A stretch of 55,631 bases of DNA from Thermoplasmatota archaeon (lineage in GTDB: Archaea; Thermoplasmatota; E2; DHVEG-1), in the NCBI GenBank assembly GCA_029762575.1, contig JARVGL010000002.1:1-55631 (forward strand), written 5' to 3'. The notes under the pieces are model-generated. The model worked only from the letters and a program-made list of their open reading frames with translations. It was not told the origin of the DNA and ran no database searches. A program made the translations under genes and the position numbers. Positions 29,411 to 39,071 of the stretch are shown one piece after another. The stretch's first letter is position 1. Each line of letters opens with the position of its first letter.

Positions 29411-30337
29411 ATGGTTAAAACATGTAGTAAATGCTCAAAACCTGCGGTAACGTTCATTCGTTATAACGGAACCCATCTCTGTAATGAACATTTTCTTATG
29501 TATGTGATTCGCCGAGTGAAAAAAGAGATGCGTCGACAGGGTAAGATACCACCGAATGAAAAAATCGGTGTTGCGGTGTCAGGCGGCAAAGACAGTCTTG
29601 TTACACTTCATCTATTAAAGGAACTATTTTCAAAAAGATCTGATATTAAGATTATTTCACTAACAGTCGATGAGGGGATAAAAGGATATCGAGATAAGAG
29701 TATACCCGTTGTAAAGAGAAATTGCGAACTCTTGGATGTGGAATCTCATATCATTTCATTTAAAGACGTTTTTGGGGCTACGATGGATGAGATCTTTATC
29801 AAAAAACCTTCTCAGATAGGTGCTTGTAGTTTTTGTGGTGTTTTCAGAAGATTTTGTTTGAATACACTAGCAAAAAAAGTAGGGGTCAATAAATTAGCAA
29901 CAGGTCATAATCTTGATGATATCTCTCAATCAGTTCTCATGAACTTTGTGAATGCGGATATCGAGAAATTAGCTCGTCTTGGGCCTCATAGAAAGATTCA
30001 ACCAGGTTTGATTCCTCGATTGATGCCGTTGCGACAGATCCCTGAGAAAGAAAACACGTTATATGCCCTTCTAAAAAATATTGAGTTCCATGATGCCGAA
30101 TGCCCGTATTCACATGAAGCATTACGAGGAGTGTTCAAAGAGATTTTATACGAACTTGAAGAAAAGAATCCAGGGACACGTCATAGTATTCTCCGAAGTT
30201 TCGATTCGATAAAAGAGATGCTAGAAGCGCTTTATCCTCCTTCACCACTAAATATCTGTCAGCGATGTGGTGAACCTACCCCTCATTTGATGTGTAAGGC
30301 ATGTGTATTACAGGATTTAGTAAAGGATCCTTGTTGA
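29411..30337 (+). CDS. tRNA 2-thiolation protein, TtuA/NcsA/Ctu1 family
   Basis: N- and C-terminal zinc fingers, SGGKDS, CSFCGVFRR, TGHNLDD, ECPY. Confidence 0.92.
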   Translation: MVKTCSKCSKPAVTFIRYNGTHLCNEHFLMYVIRRVKKEMRRQGKIPPNEKIGVAVSGGKDSLVTLHLLKELFSKRSDIKIISLTVDEGIKGYRDKSIPVVKRNCELLDVESHIISFKDVFGATMDEIFIKKPSQIGACSFCGVFRRFCLNTLAKKVGVNKLATGHNLDDISQSVLMNFVNADIEKLARLGPHRKIQPGLIPRLMPLRQIPEKENTLYALLKNIEFHDAECPYSHEALRGVFKEILYELEEKNPGTRHSILRSFDSIKEMLEALYPPSPLNICQRCGEPTPHLMCKACVLQDLVKDPC

Positions 30338-30459
30338 TGCCCTTGAGATATATTATTCCAAAAATATCAATAATTGAACACCTTTCTTCAATATGTCCGA
30401 TAGAGAAAATATTATTATGCTTTCGGATAATATTTATATAGTCTTATTATATTTTCCCA

Positions 30460-30535
30460 TTGGGAGAATGGGGGATGAACCATTTTTATACCTCTCTCCT
30501 CACCACCATCCTCACTCTCCTCATTCTCCTCAAAA
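30460..30535 (+). ncRNA. Candidate hairpin small RNA 2
   Basis: TTTATATA at 30433-30440; 13-bp stem 30462-30474/30518-30530 with three G-U pairs; U5 tract and C/U-rich loop; ends are estimates. Confidence 0.45.
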
Positions 30536-30710
30536 GTACCGTTGATCATCGAATGTCATGAAGTAAAACTATCATATTAGCACTTTTAAAATGTAATAGC
30601 TATATGGATGCTTGATCTCATCAAAAAACTTGATGATACCAATGATTACACTGATTATTGCATCATGCAGCAATGGTAAAGGAACCTGAATCTCTAAAAG
30701 AAAGAAATAG

Positions 30711-31235
30711 TTAAAGGAATTCCTTTAACCTCTTTAAAGATGGGTTCTGAATACCGCTACGTTTGACTGGAAAGATATTTTCTAAAAGCTGTGTTTCAAA
30801 AATAAATGCTCTATATGTCTTAACTAGTTCACTTTCGAATTTCTTTGCATCTTTGAGATCTTTTGCGGTGAAACAGATCACCCAATCGTAGGATCCATGC
30901 AAATAATAACTTGAACCTATCATAACTCCTAGTGTCTTAGCTTTTTTTTCGATGTGACGGGAGATGATCATTTCAGCTGCTTCATCCAATGGTTTATTTG
31001 CCTTTTTTACAAGCAGCATATATTCTCGAAGACCTAATTTCTCAAAGTCAGTTACTGCATGATATCCCCATATCGTATGTGAATCTTCAAGATTCTTGAT
31101 AATACGGCGCACTTTTGGTCCAGAGAAACCACAACGTTTCGCAATATCGTCAATACTCTCTTTAGCATGTGCTTGCAATTCCATTATGATCTTTTGTTCA
31201 TCCTTTTCAACCTGGGTTTTACTCCTTTTTGCCAT
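30711..31235 (-). CDS. Lrp/AsnC family transcriptional regulator
   Basis: HTH SIDDIAKRCGFSGPKVRRIIKNLE..TIWGYHA; RAM-like LHGSYDW; start moved to ATG 31235. Confidence 0.85.
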   Translation of the reverse strand: MAKRSKTQVEKDEQKIIMELQAHAKESIDDIAKRCGFSGPKVRRIIKNLEDSHTIWGYHAVTDFEKLGLREYMLLVKKANKPLDEAAEMIISRHIEKKAKTLGVMIGSSYYLHGSYDWVICFTAKDLKDAKKFESELVKTYRAFIFETQLLENIFPVKRSGIQNPSLKRLKEFL

Positions 31236-31432
31236 ATTGTTACCTTCTACTACCATATTTGATATAAAAAGCACATTAAAAACATTTTCCACAAAATAAA
31301 CAAGTCTTTTGATATAATCTGTAACCTTTGATATGCTTTGAATACTGGACATTTGTTACATAAATAAATGGAGCGTTGCAGCCTACCTTGAGAAAAACCT
31401 TTTATGCTCCCATCCTTCTACTTGGTTTAATC

Positions 31433-32086
31433 ATGAACCGATTAAGGATTTCTTGTCCACCGCTTGATGATCTCCTTGGTGGAGGAATAGAAGAAAAAAC
31501 CATTACTGAGATATTTGGAGAAGCAGGTACCGGAAAGACAAACATCTGCCTTCAAGTTGCAAGGGAATGCGCAAATAATGGTAAGAAAGTAGCATATATC
31601 GATAGCGAAGGTGTTTCACTTGAGCGATTAAAACAGATGTGCCAAGGATATGATGAAGAAGAAATCCTAAATAATATTCTGATCTTCTCACCGTGTAGCC
31701 AAGACAATCAAGAAAAAATGATCGGTAATGCTTTGAAGATAAAAGATCTCTCTTTGATCATCGTTGACACCCTTAACCTCTTCTATCGATTAAATCTTGA
31801 AGAGGATAAAGAAGGTTGCATGCGGTCCTTTACTCGACAAGTTGGCATGCTTCAAAAAAACGCTAGAGAGAAAAACCTTTTCGTTATTGCAACAGAACAA
31901 GTATATACTGATAAAAATGGTGGCATAAGACCATTTACGAATAGAGATGTGGAACATCTTGTAAAAGCCATCATCAAACTTGAGAAGCTAGATATTGGAT
32001 TACGGGAGGCAACTATCATGAAACATCGGTCACAGCCCGAAGGAAAAAAAGCACAGTTCAGGATTGCCCAGGATGGATTGAAATAG
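31433..32086 (+). CDS. radB: DNA repair and recombination protein RadB
   Basis: LDDLLGGG, GEAGTGKT, YIDSE, C-terminal KHR; short with no N-terminal domain. Confidence 0.93.
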   Translation: MNRLRISCPPLDDLLGGGIEEKTITEIFGEAGTGKTNICLQVARECANNGKKVAYIDSEGVSLERLKQMCQGYDEEEILNNILIFSPCSQDNQEKMIGNALKIKDLSLIIVDTLNLFYRLNLEEDKEGCMRSFTRQVGMLQKNAREKNLFVIATEQVYTDKNGGIRPFTNRDVEHLVKAIIKLEKLDIGLREATIMKHRSQPEGKKAQFRIAQDGLK

Positions 32087-32089
32087 ACT

Positions 32090-33205
32090 ATGAGAGAGAT
32101 TACATCATGGCTTCATGAAAGCACATATATCGAACCTTTATCACCTGGATGTCGGATGTGTGCTCGTGGATCAAAACTTGTTCTCCTCATAACAGGTATT
32201 TGCCCTGCCTCATGTTATTATTGTCCTTTAAGCTTTAAAAAAGGAGGAAAGGATGTCATTTATGCGGATGAATGGAAGCTAAAAAATCAAGATGATGTGA
32301 AAACCCTGCTTAAAGAAGCCACCTATATTAAGGCAGAAGGCGCAGGAATCACCGGTGGCGATCCTCTTTCAAAATGGGAGCGGACCATCCGCTATATTAC
32401 GCTGTTAAAAAATGAATATGGTGCTTCCTTTCACATCCATCTATACACTTCAGGTTTGCATCATGCTGAGGCGATCCCCGACATAGTTGCTGCTGGACTT
32501 GATGAAATTCGATTCCACCCACCTCCCCATTATTGGAGTGATATGGCTGTAAGTCCCTTAGCCAAAACAATAGCAAGATCACTAGATACAACAGCCGATG
32601 TTGCAATAGAGATTCCATCGATTCCATCTTGGCAGAAACAGATCATTTCTCTCATCGATTGGTCTGAACGACAAGGTATTAAATGGATCAATCTCAACGA
32701 ACTTGAATTCTCTGAACGTAACTCATTAGCTCTTGAAGAAAGAGGCTTTCAAGTAAAAGATGATATCTCTGCAGCGGTCCTAGGTAGTCAAGAAACTGCG
32801 ATAGCGGTTCTTCAACATATCGCGCTGACAGATTACATGATCGGTGTTCACTATTGTTCTTCGTCATTCAAAGACGGTATCCAACTAACGAACCGCATCA
32901 AAAGACGAGCAAGAAGCATAGCTAGGGAAACCGATATCATCACAGATGAGGGAACAATACTTAAAGGCATTATCCAACCGATGCATGGAACCACTCTTTT
33001 TGATCTTTCAGAACTGTTGCAGCACAAGTATCATCTATCAAAGAAAACCTTTTATCTTAATAGAAAACAAAAGAGGATTGAACTACACCTTGATATCCTA
33101 GAAAAGATCGCTAAGGATATCACAAAAAAGGGCCATCAGTGTTTTATTATCGAGGAATATCCCACTGCTGATAAATTGGAAGTTGAACGGATCCCGTTAC
33201 CATAG
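32090..33205 (+). CDS. Radical SAM protein (conserved archaeal family)
   Basis: CPASCYYC, GITGGDP, LDEIRFHP, NLNELEFS. Confidence 0.88.
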   Translation: MREITSWLHESTYIEPLSPGCRMCARGSKLVLLITGICPASCYYCPLSFKKGGKDVIYADEWKLKNQDDVKTLLKEATYIKAEGAGITGGDPLSKWERTIRYITLLKNEYGASFHIHLYTSGLHHAEAIPDIVAAGLDEIRFHPPPHYWSDMAVSPLAKTIARSLDTTADVAIEIPSIPSWQKQIISLIDWSERQGIKWINLNELEFSERNSLALEERGFQVKDDISAAVLGSQETAIAVLQHIALTDYMIGVHYCSSSFKDGIQLTNRIKRRARSIARETDIITDEGTILKGIIQPMHGTTLFDLSELLQHKYHLSKKTFYLNRKQKRIELHLDILEKIAKDITKKGHQCFIIEEYPTADKLEVERIPLP

Positions 33206-33249
33206 AGCAACAACATGATGTTTTCTGATGGTTTTCTAGGTAACACCTG

Positions 33250-33266
33250 AAAAAGGTTTTTATATA
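33250..33266 (+). promoter_or_regulatory. BRE/TATA promoter of rpl7ae operon
   Basis: AAAAAGGTTTTTATATA about 75 nt upstream of the start codon. Confidence 0.6.
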
Positions 33267-33339
33267 TCCCCCTCATTTCCCACTCATCAACCCACATGGG
33301 TTGCATCTATGAAGGCTTCAAACGGAGGCTAAAAGAACT

Positions 33340-33708
33340 ATGGCAATATTTGTGAAATTCCAAACACCCAAAGAAGTGCAGGATTTAGCCTATGATCTTG
33401 TTGAAAAAGCTCGAGATACCGGCAAAATCAGTAAAGGTGCAAATGAGGCAACAAAACAAGTAGAACGTGGACAAGCAAAGATAGTGATAATGGCTGAAGA
33501 TGTTACCCCTGAGGAGATCCTTGCGCATATGCCTGTGCTCTGCGAAGAGAAAAACATACCATATGCATATGTCCCAAGTAAAGATGAACTCGGAAACGCT
33601 GCTGGATTACATGTTCCAACAACAGCCGTTGCGATAACGAATACAGGAAAGGACAAGAACACTCTTGAAACACTGGTTAAAAAAACCGCTGAATTGAAAC
33701 AACAGTGA
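33340..33708 (+). CDS. rpl7ae: 50S ribosomal protein L7Ae
   Basis: [32 protein letters not shown]. Confidence 0.97.
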   Translation: MAIFVKFQTPKEVQDLAYDLVEKARDTGKISKGANEATKQVERGQAKIVIMAEDVTPEEILAHMPVLCEEKNIPYAYVPSKDELGNAAGLHVPTTAVAITNTGKDKNTLETLVKKTAELKQQ

Positions 33709-33714
33709 TAAAAT

Positions 33715-33924
33715 ATGGTTGAAGGAACACCCTGTGAAGTTGTTGAAATCATTCATCGTACGGGTATGGCTGGAGAAGCACAGCAGGTTAAACTACGGGT
33801 ACTTGATGGTATGGATAAAGGAAAGATCATTACCCGAAATGTGATTGGACCAGTACAGCTCGGTGATATACTTATGCTTAACGAGACCCAACGTGAGGCG
33901 AAAAGCCTTGGTGGCCCACGGTAA
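33715..33924 (+). CDS. rps28e: 30S ribosomal protein S28e
   Basis: RTGMAGEAQQVK, ITRNVIGPV, ETQREA. Confidence 0.96.
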   Translation: MVEGTPCEVVEIIHRTGMAGEAQQVKLRVLDGMDKGKIITRNVIGPVQLGDILMLNETQREAKSLGGPR

Positions 33925-33950
33925 TTATAATAATGAGGAAGTGGTGATCA

Positions 33951-34133
33951 ATGGTTGAAAGACGTATTTGTTCATTTTGCGGGAATGAGATTGAACCTGG
34001 AACAGGAAAAATGTATGCAAAAAAAGATGGTACCGTGTTGTATTTCTGCAAAAACAAATGTCAGAAGAACATGTTGAAACTCAAACGTGTGCCTCGAAGA
34101 GTTCGTTGGAGTAAGTTTTTCGCGAAACAATAG
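33951..34133 (+). CDS. rpl24e: 50S ribosomal protein L24e
   Basis: [25 protein letters not shown]. Confidence 0.96.
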   Translation: MVERRICSFCGNEIEPGTGKMYAKKDGTVLYFCKNKCQKNMLKLKRVPRRVRWSKFFAKQ

Positions 34134-34315
34134 TGTGGTATTGTTTCATACATTTTTTTTCTTTAAATCTTTTGAATAATTACGTTATACGATGGAAGTA
34201 GAAGAATAAACAGGTTGGGTTTGAGAAAGAAAAGGTCTATAGGGCTGTTCACGACTAAACAATGCTATGTCGGCCCCTTTTGACCTTTATCGATTGTATG
34301 AGAATCTATTTATCA

Positions 34316-36328
34316 TCAGTAAAAACTTGCTTGTATCCAACCTCGTGTGGATCCATATCCTATAATGAATCCTCTCCATTGTCCATAATAGGTTTGTGTA
34401 TCTTGGTCATATCGGTTGAATGAACCGATGATGTTTACAATCCGATTGTCGACTGCTGATTGAATGATAAACATATTTCTTGAGACTATACCTTGGAATT
34501 GATTTGTTCTCTCTGAACCTATTGGGCTTACGGTACCATGGATAAAATGTCTTCCTCGAAAATCTCTGTACGATCCATCTAAAGAAAGTTTTCCTTCTCT
34601 TTCACTGTGTAATCCAAGTTCTGCTTGGAAATTGCCGCTATGGGTAAGTCCCTTAACTTGAGGCATGTTGACAGGTAACGGATCTGACCAGACACTCTCC
34701 AATCCAGATGTATCTTTTACCTTGACTTTGACACTATAACTTCCTTTTGTGTTCCAAATATGAGACATACTAGCGGTTTGACCTGATTCATATGGTCCAA
34801 CCCATCCACTGTTTGTTCCATCAGCCCAGTCGAACCAGTAATAAATATTATCATTATCAGGATCAGTGGTTGTTGATGAATAGGTATATGATCGTCCTGT
34901 TCTACCTGTTGAAGGTCCTGAGATAGTAGGTTTAACCGGAGGGTTATTTGATGATATTGCAACGGTCTTTGCTGTTGAAAAAGGACTTTGACCACCTTTA
35001 GAGTCCTCTGCCATAACCTGTACAGGATAGGTGCCTGCAGTGTTCCATGTATGGGTCCTGCTATCTGTTGTTCCACTGCTCATTAGACCACTCCATTCAT
35101 CGACCGTTCCATCACCATCCCAATCCCAACCATATCGAATGGTGTCACTATCAGGATCAGTTGTGCTTGTGGAATAGGTATAGGCTGTTCCTATTCTTCC
35201 AGTTGCTGGTCCACTGGGTGTCGTAGGTTTGTTTGGTGGGTTATTGGCACTAGTTACCGTAATGATCAATGCCGGTGAGAATCCACTCTGAGCTCCGTGA
35301 ACATCTTCTGCTTTGACACGGAGATAAAAAGTTCCTGTGCCTGTGAATTTTATATTTATTAAGCAAGGTGCCCCTGAGGAATAGTAATTGGTCGTCCAAT
35401 GGTCGACTAATCCATCATTATTAAAATCAAGGCCATATCTGATGTTATCTCCATCGATATCTGTTGTACTAAAAGTATAGGTATTCCATGTTCCTTCTGT
35501 TACTGTGGTTGGTCCAACAGGTTTTCCTGGAGTGTTTGGCGGATGGTTTTCAATTTCGCTCTCTCCAGTAATGACAAATGCTAGATCTAGTGAAGTAATA
35601 AATGATGGTGGTTCATAGAGTTCAACCCAATCAAGTTCATACCAGTATCTATGAACGGCATCATCATTCCAGTGATTTAAAGATGATTTCCATCCCCATC
35701 GTTGTTGAGGGGAATCCGCGTGGACAATTGCAGAGATACTTAACCAATAGATGGTTCCTTCTTCTTGGATGAATGGACTTTCGATATTTTCGATATTATA
35801 TTGCCAGTAGAGCTCATGATCATCAGAAACATAGAAACCTTCTCCCGGGTCATACCATCCTTGAAGTCCGTCCCATGGGCCTGAGACAACCCACTCGGTG
35901 GGATAAAATGTTCTTTCCCATAGTGTTACACCTGGTCGACTATAGGGTATAGTTGGGGGATTGGCAGGTATGTCCGCGGCGATTGAAATAGTGAATGCAA
36001 GAAGGTTGCCTACAGTATCATTTAACCAGGAACCCCAGAAATGGATATCTGTTATAGGTCCGGATTCTGAACACATCCAGTCATCTGCAAGGCAATTGCG
36101 AGGGAATACTCCTTCTACATATGTTGCATCTACGCCCCACCCCAATGGGTCAGGGAGTTGTGGAAAATGCATTTTATGGTCATCACCTGAATCCCAATCT
36201 GTTGTATCTGTTTGTTTTTCCTCGATAACGAATTGTTCCTGATTGATTGGTGTCGTCTTAAGTGCAGGTATGCCGGTAGCAGTGAGAAACAGCGTTATGA
36301 TTATCAATCCAATTAGATATTTTTTCAA
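34316..36328 (-). CDS. Secreted multidomain protein with three PKD/Ig-like repeats
   Basis: TTG start after GAGGTGA; signal peptide; Trp/Asp-rich N-terminal domain; three repeats NxPPxxP..GP..G...Y...TTDxDxDxIxYxxDW/F. Confidence 0.85.
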   Translation of the reverse strand: MKKYLIGLIIITLFLTATGIPALKTTPINQEQFVIEEKQTDTTDWDSGDDHKMHFPQLPDPLGWGVDATYVEGVFPRNCLADDWMCSESGPITDIHFWGSWLNDTVGNLLAFTISIAADIPANPPTIPYSRPGVTLWERTFYPTEWVVSGPWDGLQGWYDPGEGFYVSDDHELYWQYNIENIESPFIQEEGTIYWLSISAIVHADSPQQRWGWKSSLNHWNDDAVHRYWYELDWVELYEPPSFITSLDLAFVITGESEIENHPPNTPGKPVGPTTVTEGTWNTYTFSTTDIDGDNIRYGLDFNNDGLVDHWTTNYYSSGAPCLINIKFTGTGTFYLRVKAEDVHGAQSGFSPALIITVTSANNPPNKPTTPSGPATGRIGTAYTYSTSTTDPDSDTIRYGWDWDGDGTVDEWSGLMSSGTTDSRTHTWNTAGTYPVQVMAEDSKGGQSPFSTAKTVAISSNNPPVKPTISGPSTGRTGRSYTYSSTTTDPDNDNIYYWFDWADGTNSGWVGPYESGQTASMSHIWNTKGSYSVKVKVKDTSGLESVWSDPLPVNMPQVKGLTHSGNFQAELGLHSEREGKLSLDGSYRDFRGRHFIHGTVSPIGSERTNQFQGIVSRNMFIIQSAVDNRIVNIIGSFNRYDQDTQTYYGQWRGFIIGYGSTRGWIQASFY
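34665..35548 (-). repeat. Three tandem ~100-aa PKD-like coding repeats
   Basis: Units begin near 35548 (NHPPNTP), 35245 (NNPPNKP) and 34948 (NNPPVKP). Confidence 0.8.
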
Positions 36329-36655
36329 GATTTTTCACCTCTTTTTTAATTTCTCCCCAAATAGTTGAATAAAGACCCTATTTCAAATCATTTGCAGTCT
36401 ATTTATAGTTTTTGAGCTAGTTGAAAGAAGTAACAATATGATGGAATAAGCTGCAAATTATGTCGGAGGAAACGTAATATTATAGTATATATGATGGATG
36501 ATATAAACCGGTTTTTATCGATATAGGGTTATCTATCTAAAAGTGAAGAATATGTTCATAAGATTTCAAGAACATTGAAAAGTAATTATTCTTTCGTAAT
36601 AAGGTTCTGATTTTAAGAAATATTAAAAATAACTGTATGTATCTAGATATTTATC

Positions 36656-37921
36656 ATGAAAGTATCAATACCATACGGAGTAGAATATTTGAATGTATCA
36701 ATTCCAGATAAGAACCTAAGCGGTATAATCAAAACTAACGAGATGATTGGATCGGATTCCCCGTATAAACTTATTGAACAAGCGTTACGGACGCCCTTGG
36801 GAGCACAACATCTGAGTACTATCGTCTCACCAGGTGACACCATCGCTATTGTGGTTGATGATTATACAAGACCTTGCCCAACAAACATACTTCTTCCTCC
36901 ATTATTAAAAGAGCTAAAACAAAGTGGCATCAGCGAAACAGATATCACCATCATCATTGGAACAGGGACTCATCATCCTCCATCTATTGATTCAATACAA
37001 TCGATACTTGGCCATAAGATTGCTAGAGCGTATAACGTTATATACAATGACCAACAATCATCAACGTTTGTATCTGTTGGTCTCTCAACATATCATCATC
37101 AGATTGAGGTCTTGAAAGAATATCTAGATGCAGATGTTAAGATGCTTGTTAGTGATATAGAATATCATTATTTTGCAGGATATGGGGGTATACGGAAAAG
37201 TATCCTACCGGCCATCTCATCAAAACAGACCATACAACAGAATCATGCAATGATGTTTGATGTTCATGCAACCACTGGGAATCTTAAAAAAAATCCGGTC
37301 CATTTAGAAATGATGGAAGCAATGAACCTGGCCGGTTGTGATTTTGCCCTTGGATGTGTACTTAACTCAACACATGAGATTGTTGGAGTATGGGCCGGAG
37401 ATCCAGAAAAAGTGATGGACAACGGTATCAAATTAGTAGACATAATGTATAAATCAGAGATATCTGAAAAACCAGATATCGTTGTAGTATCTGCAGACGG
37501 TGCACCCCATGACATCAATCTCTATCAAGCCTTAAAAGCATTATATACTGCATCCCAAGTGGTAAAGGAGGGTGGATGGATCATCCTTGTTGCTGAGTGT
37601 AAAGAGGGGTTAGGTAGCGATCTCTATCATGAATGTTTACAAAAGTATCCGACCTCTTCAGAAATAAAAAAAGCATTAGAAGACAATTTTAAGATAGGTG
37701 CCCATAAAGCCTATTATCATAGGAAGGCAGTTGAAACATTTCATATCTGCCTGATTTCCTCATTACATGAATCATTTGTAGATAGATTCCTTTCATTTCA
37801 TCCATTCTCATCTGTTCAAGATGCATTGGACCATGCTATACAAAATTCAGGTGATAATCCACGTGTTCTTGTACTTCCCCATGGTACAACCACATATGTT
37901 GAAATCTCTGAATCATCATAA
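36656..37921 (+). CDS. larA: LarA family nickel-pincer-dependent 2-hydroxyacid racemase
   Basis: VDDYTRP, GTGTH, HYFAGYGGIRKSILP, DINLYQALKA, AECKEGLGS. Confidence 0.88.
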   Translation: MKVSIPYGVEYLNVSIPDKNLSGIIKTNEMIGSDSPYKLIEQALRTPLGAQHLSTIVSPGDTIAIVVDDYTRPCPTNILLPPLLKELKQSGISETDITIIIGTGTHHPPSIDSIQSILGHKIARAYNVIYNDQQSSTFVSVGLSTYHHQIEVLKEYLDADVKMLVSDIEYHYFAGYGGIRKSILPAISSKQTIQQNHAMMFDVHATTGNLKKNPVHLEMMEAMNLAGCDFALGCVLNSTHEIVGVWAGDPEKVMDNGIKLVDIMYKSEISEKPDIVVVSADGAPHDINLYQALKALYTASQVVKEGGWIILVAECKEGLGSDLYHECLQKYPTSSEIKKALEDNFKIGAHKAYYHRKAVETFHICLISSLHESFVDRFLSFHPFSSVQDALDHAIQNSGDNPRVLVLPHGTTTYVEISESS

Positions 37922-38027
37922 TAATCGTGTCATTTACATTTGTATCATCTTTCACCGATCAATATTTTTTTCATTTTGATATTTCCCCACCGCTCTTTTT
38001 TATAGACTGAACTATAAAATAGAATTT

Positions 38028-38254
38028 ATGACCTCATTGTCTGAAGAGAAAAAAGAAGAAATCAAAGCGTTTCTTAAAAAAAGATTACAGGATGATCCCT
38101 TGGTGAAGGAGATTTATTAGGCCATCTTTTGCGTCATCTAGAAGTTGTATATAATATATGTCATGAATTTCTAGAGCAAAGAACAATTAAGAACTCAATA
38201 GAGATCAACCAAACATTCATATTTCCCTTTTCCTTGTTATCTATCATCGTATGA
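38028..38254 (+). pseudogene. Possible frameshifted gene remnant (HD-protein N-terminus-like) or 30-aa small ORF
   Basis: ORF 38028-38120 MTSLSEEKKEEIKAFLKKRLQDDPLVKEIY; overlapping -1 frame GDLLGHLLRHLEVVYNICHEF. Confidence 0.3.
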
Positions 38255-38988
38255 ATCTTCAAACAAGGACATTCAAAATAAAAGAAATGCTAAGGAACAA
38301 TCGGATTTTTATTTTATTCATACTCTTATTTTTTTGTATCCTAGGTACTTATTCCTTTTATCCGAAGTCAAACATTCTTTCAACGCCTAGTTATCTACAG
38401 ATAGGCGATTTACTCTTTTGTGATTATCGACCTGATTTCGCATCATTTGCTTCTTCATTCAATATCCATGTTCCTGATCCAGTTACAACATATGGTCCAT
38501 ATAATGATCATGTCGCTCTCTATATTGGCAATGATATGTTCATAGAAGCTTGTCCTTATTATTATGATACGGAGGAACAAGCATGGATCGGTGTGGTGAC
38601 AACTCACATTGGGACCTTTAATCTATGGGCAACCAATATCTCTTATGGTGTTCTCACAAATGTCACTGATGAACAACGAAAGGGCGCGGTTGCTTGGGCC
38701 AAGAATCAACTTGGGCAACCCTATCAGGAGACGATCTTTCCAAGAAATATGGATTCCTTTGATGAAGACGACCCAACATCTGATCATTGGTTTTGCTCTG
38801 AGTTGATCTGGGCGGCGTATAAACATCAGGGAGTCCATTTGGAAGATTCATGGATGACGGTTACTCCAAATTCTCTATTAAGAGATGAACGTATCAATAT
38901 ACACATGAACGAACCATTAGGTTTCTGGTATCCTGGATTGTATCTTCAATGGTATGCCACTTGTTTTTTTGATTACCTCCTTAACTAG
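38251..38988 (+). CDS. Permuted papain-like (YiiX/YebB-type NlpC/P60) enzyme, membrane-anchored or secreted
   Basis: LQIGDLLF, HVALYIG preceding FCSELIWAAY, VTP; N-terminal hydrophobic helix. Confidence 0.85.
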   Translation: MNLQTRTFKIKEMLRNNRIFILFILLFFCILGTYSFYPKSNILSTPSYLQIGDLLFCDYRPDFASFASSFNIHVPDPVTTYGPYNDHVALYIGNDMFIEACPYYYDTEEQAWIGVVTTHIGTFNLWATNISYGVLTNVTDEQRKGAVAWAKNQLGQPYQETIFPRNMDSFDEDDPTSDHWFCSELIWAAYKHQGVHLEDSWMTVTPNSLLRDERINIHMNEPLGFWYPGLYLQWYATCFFDYLLN

Positions 38989-39071
38989 ATGACAGAATAA
39001 AAAATAGGTAAGACTTGTAAAATAATTTTTATATAATCATTAACATAAAACATAATGCCTGGTGAGAGACA

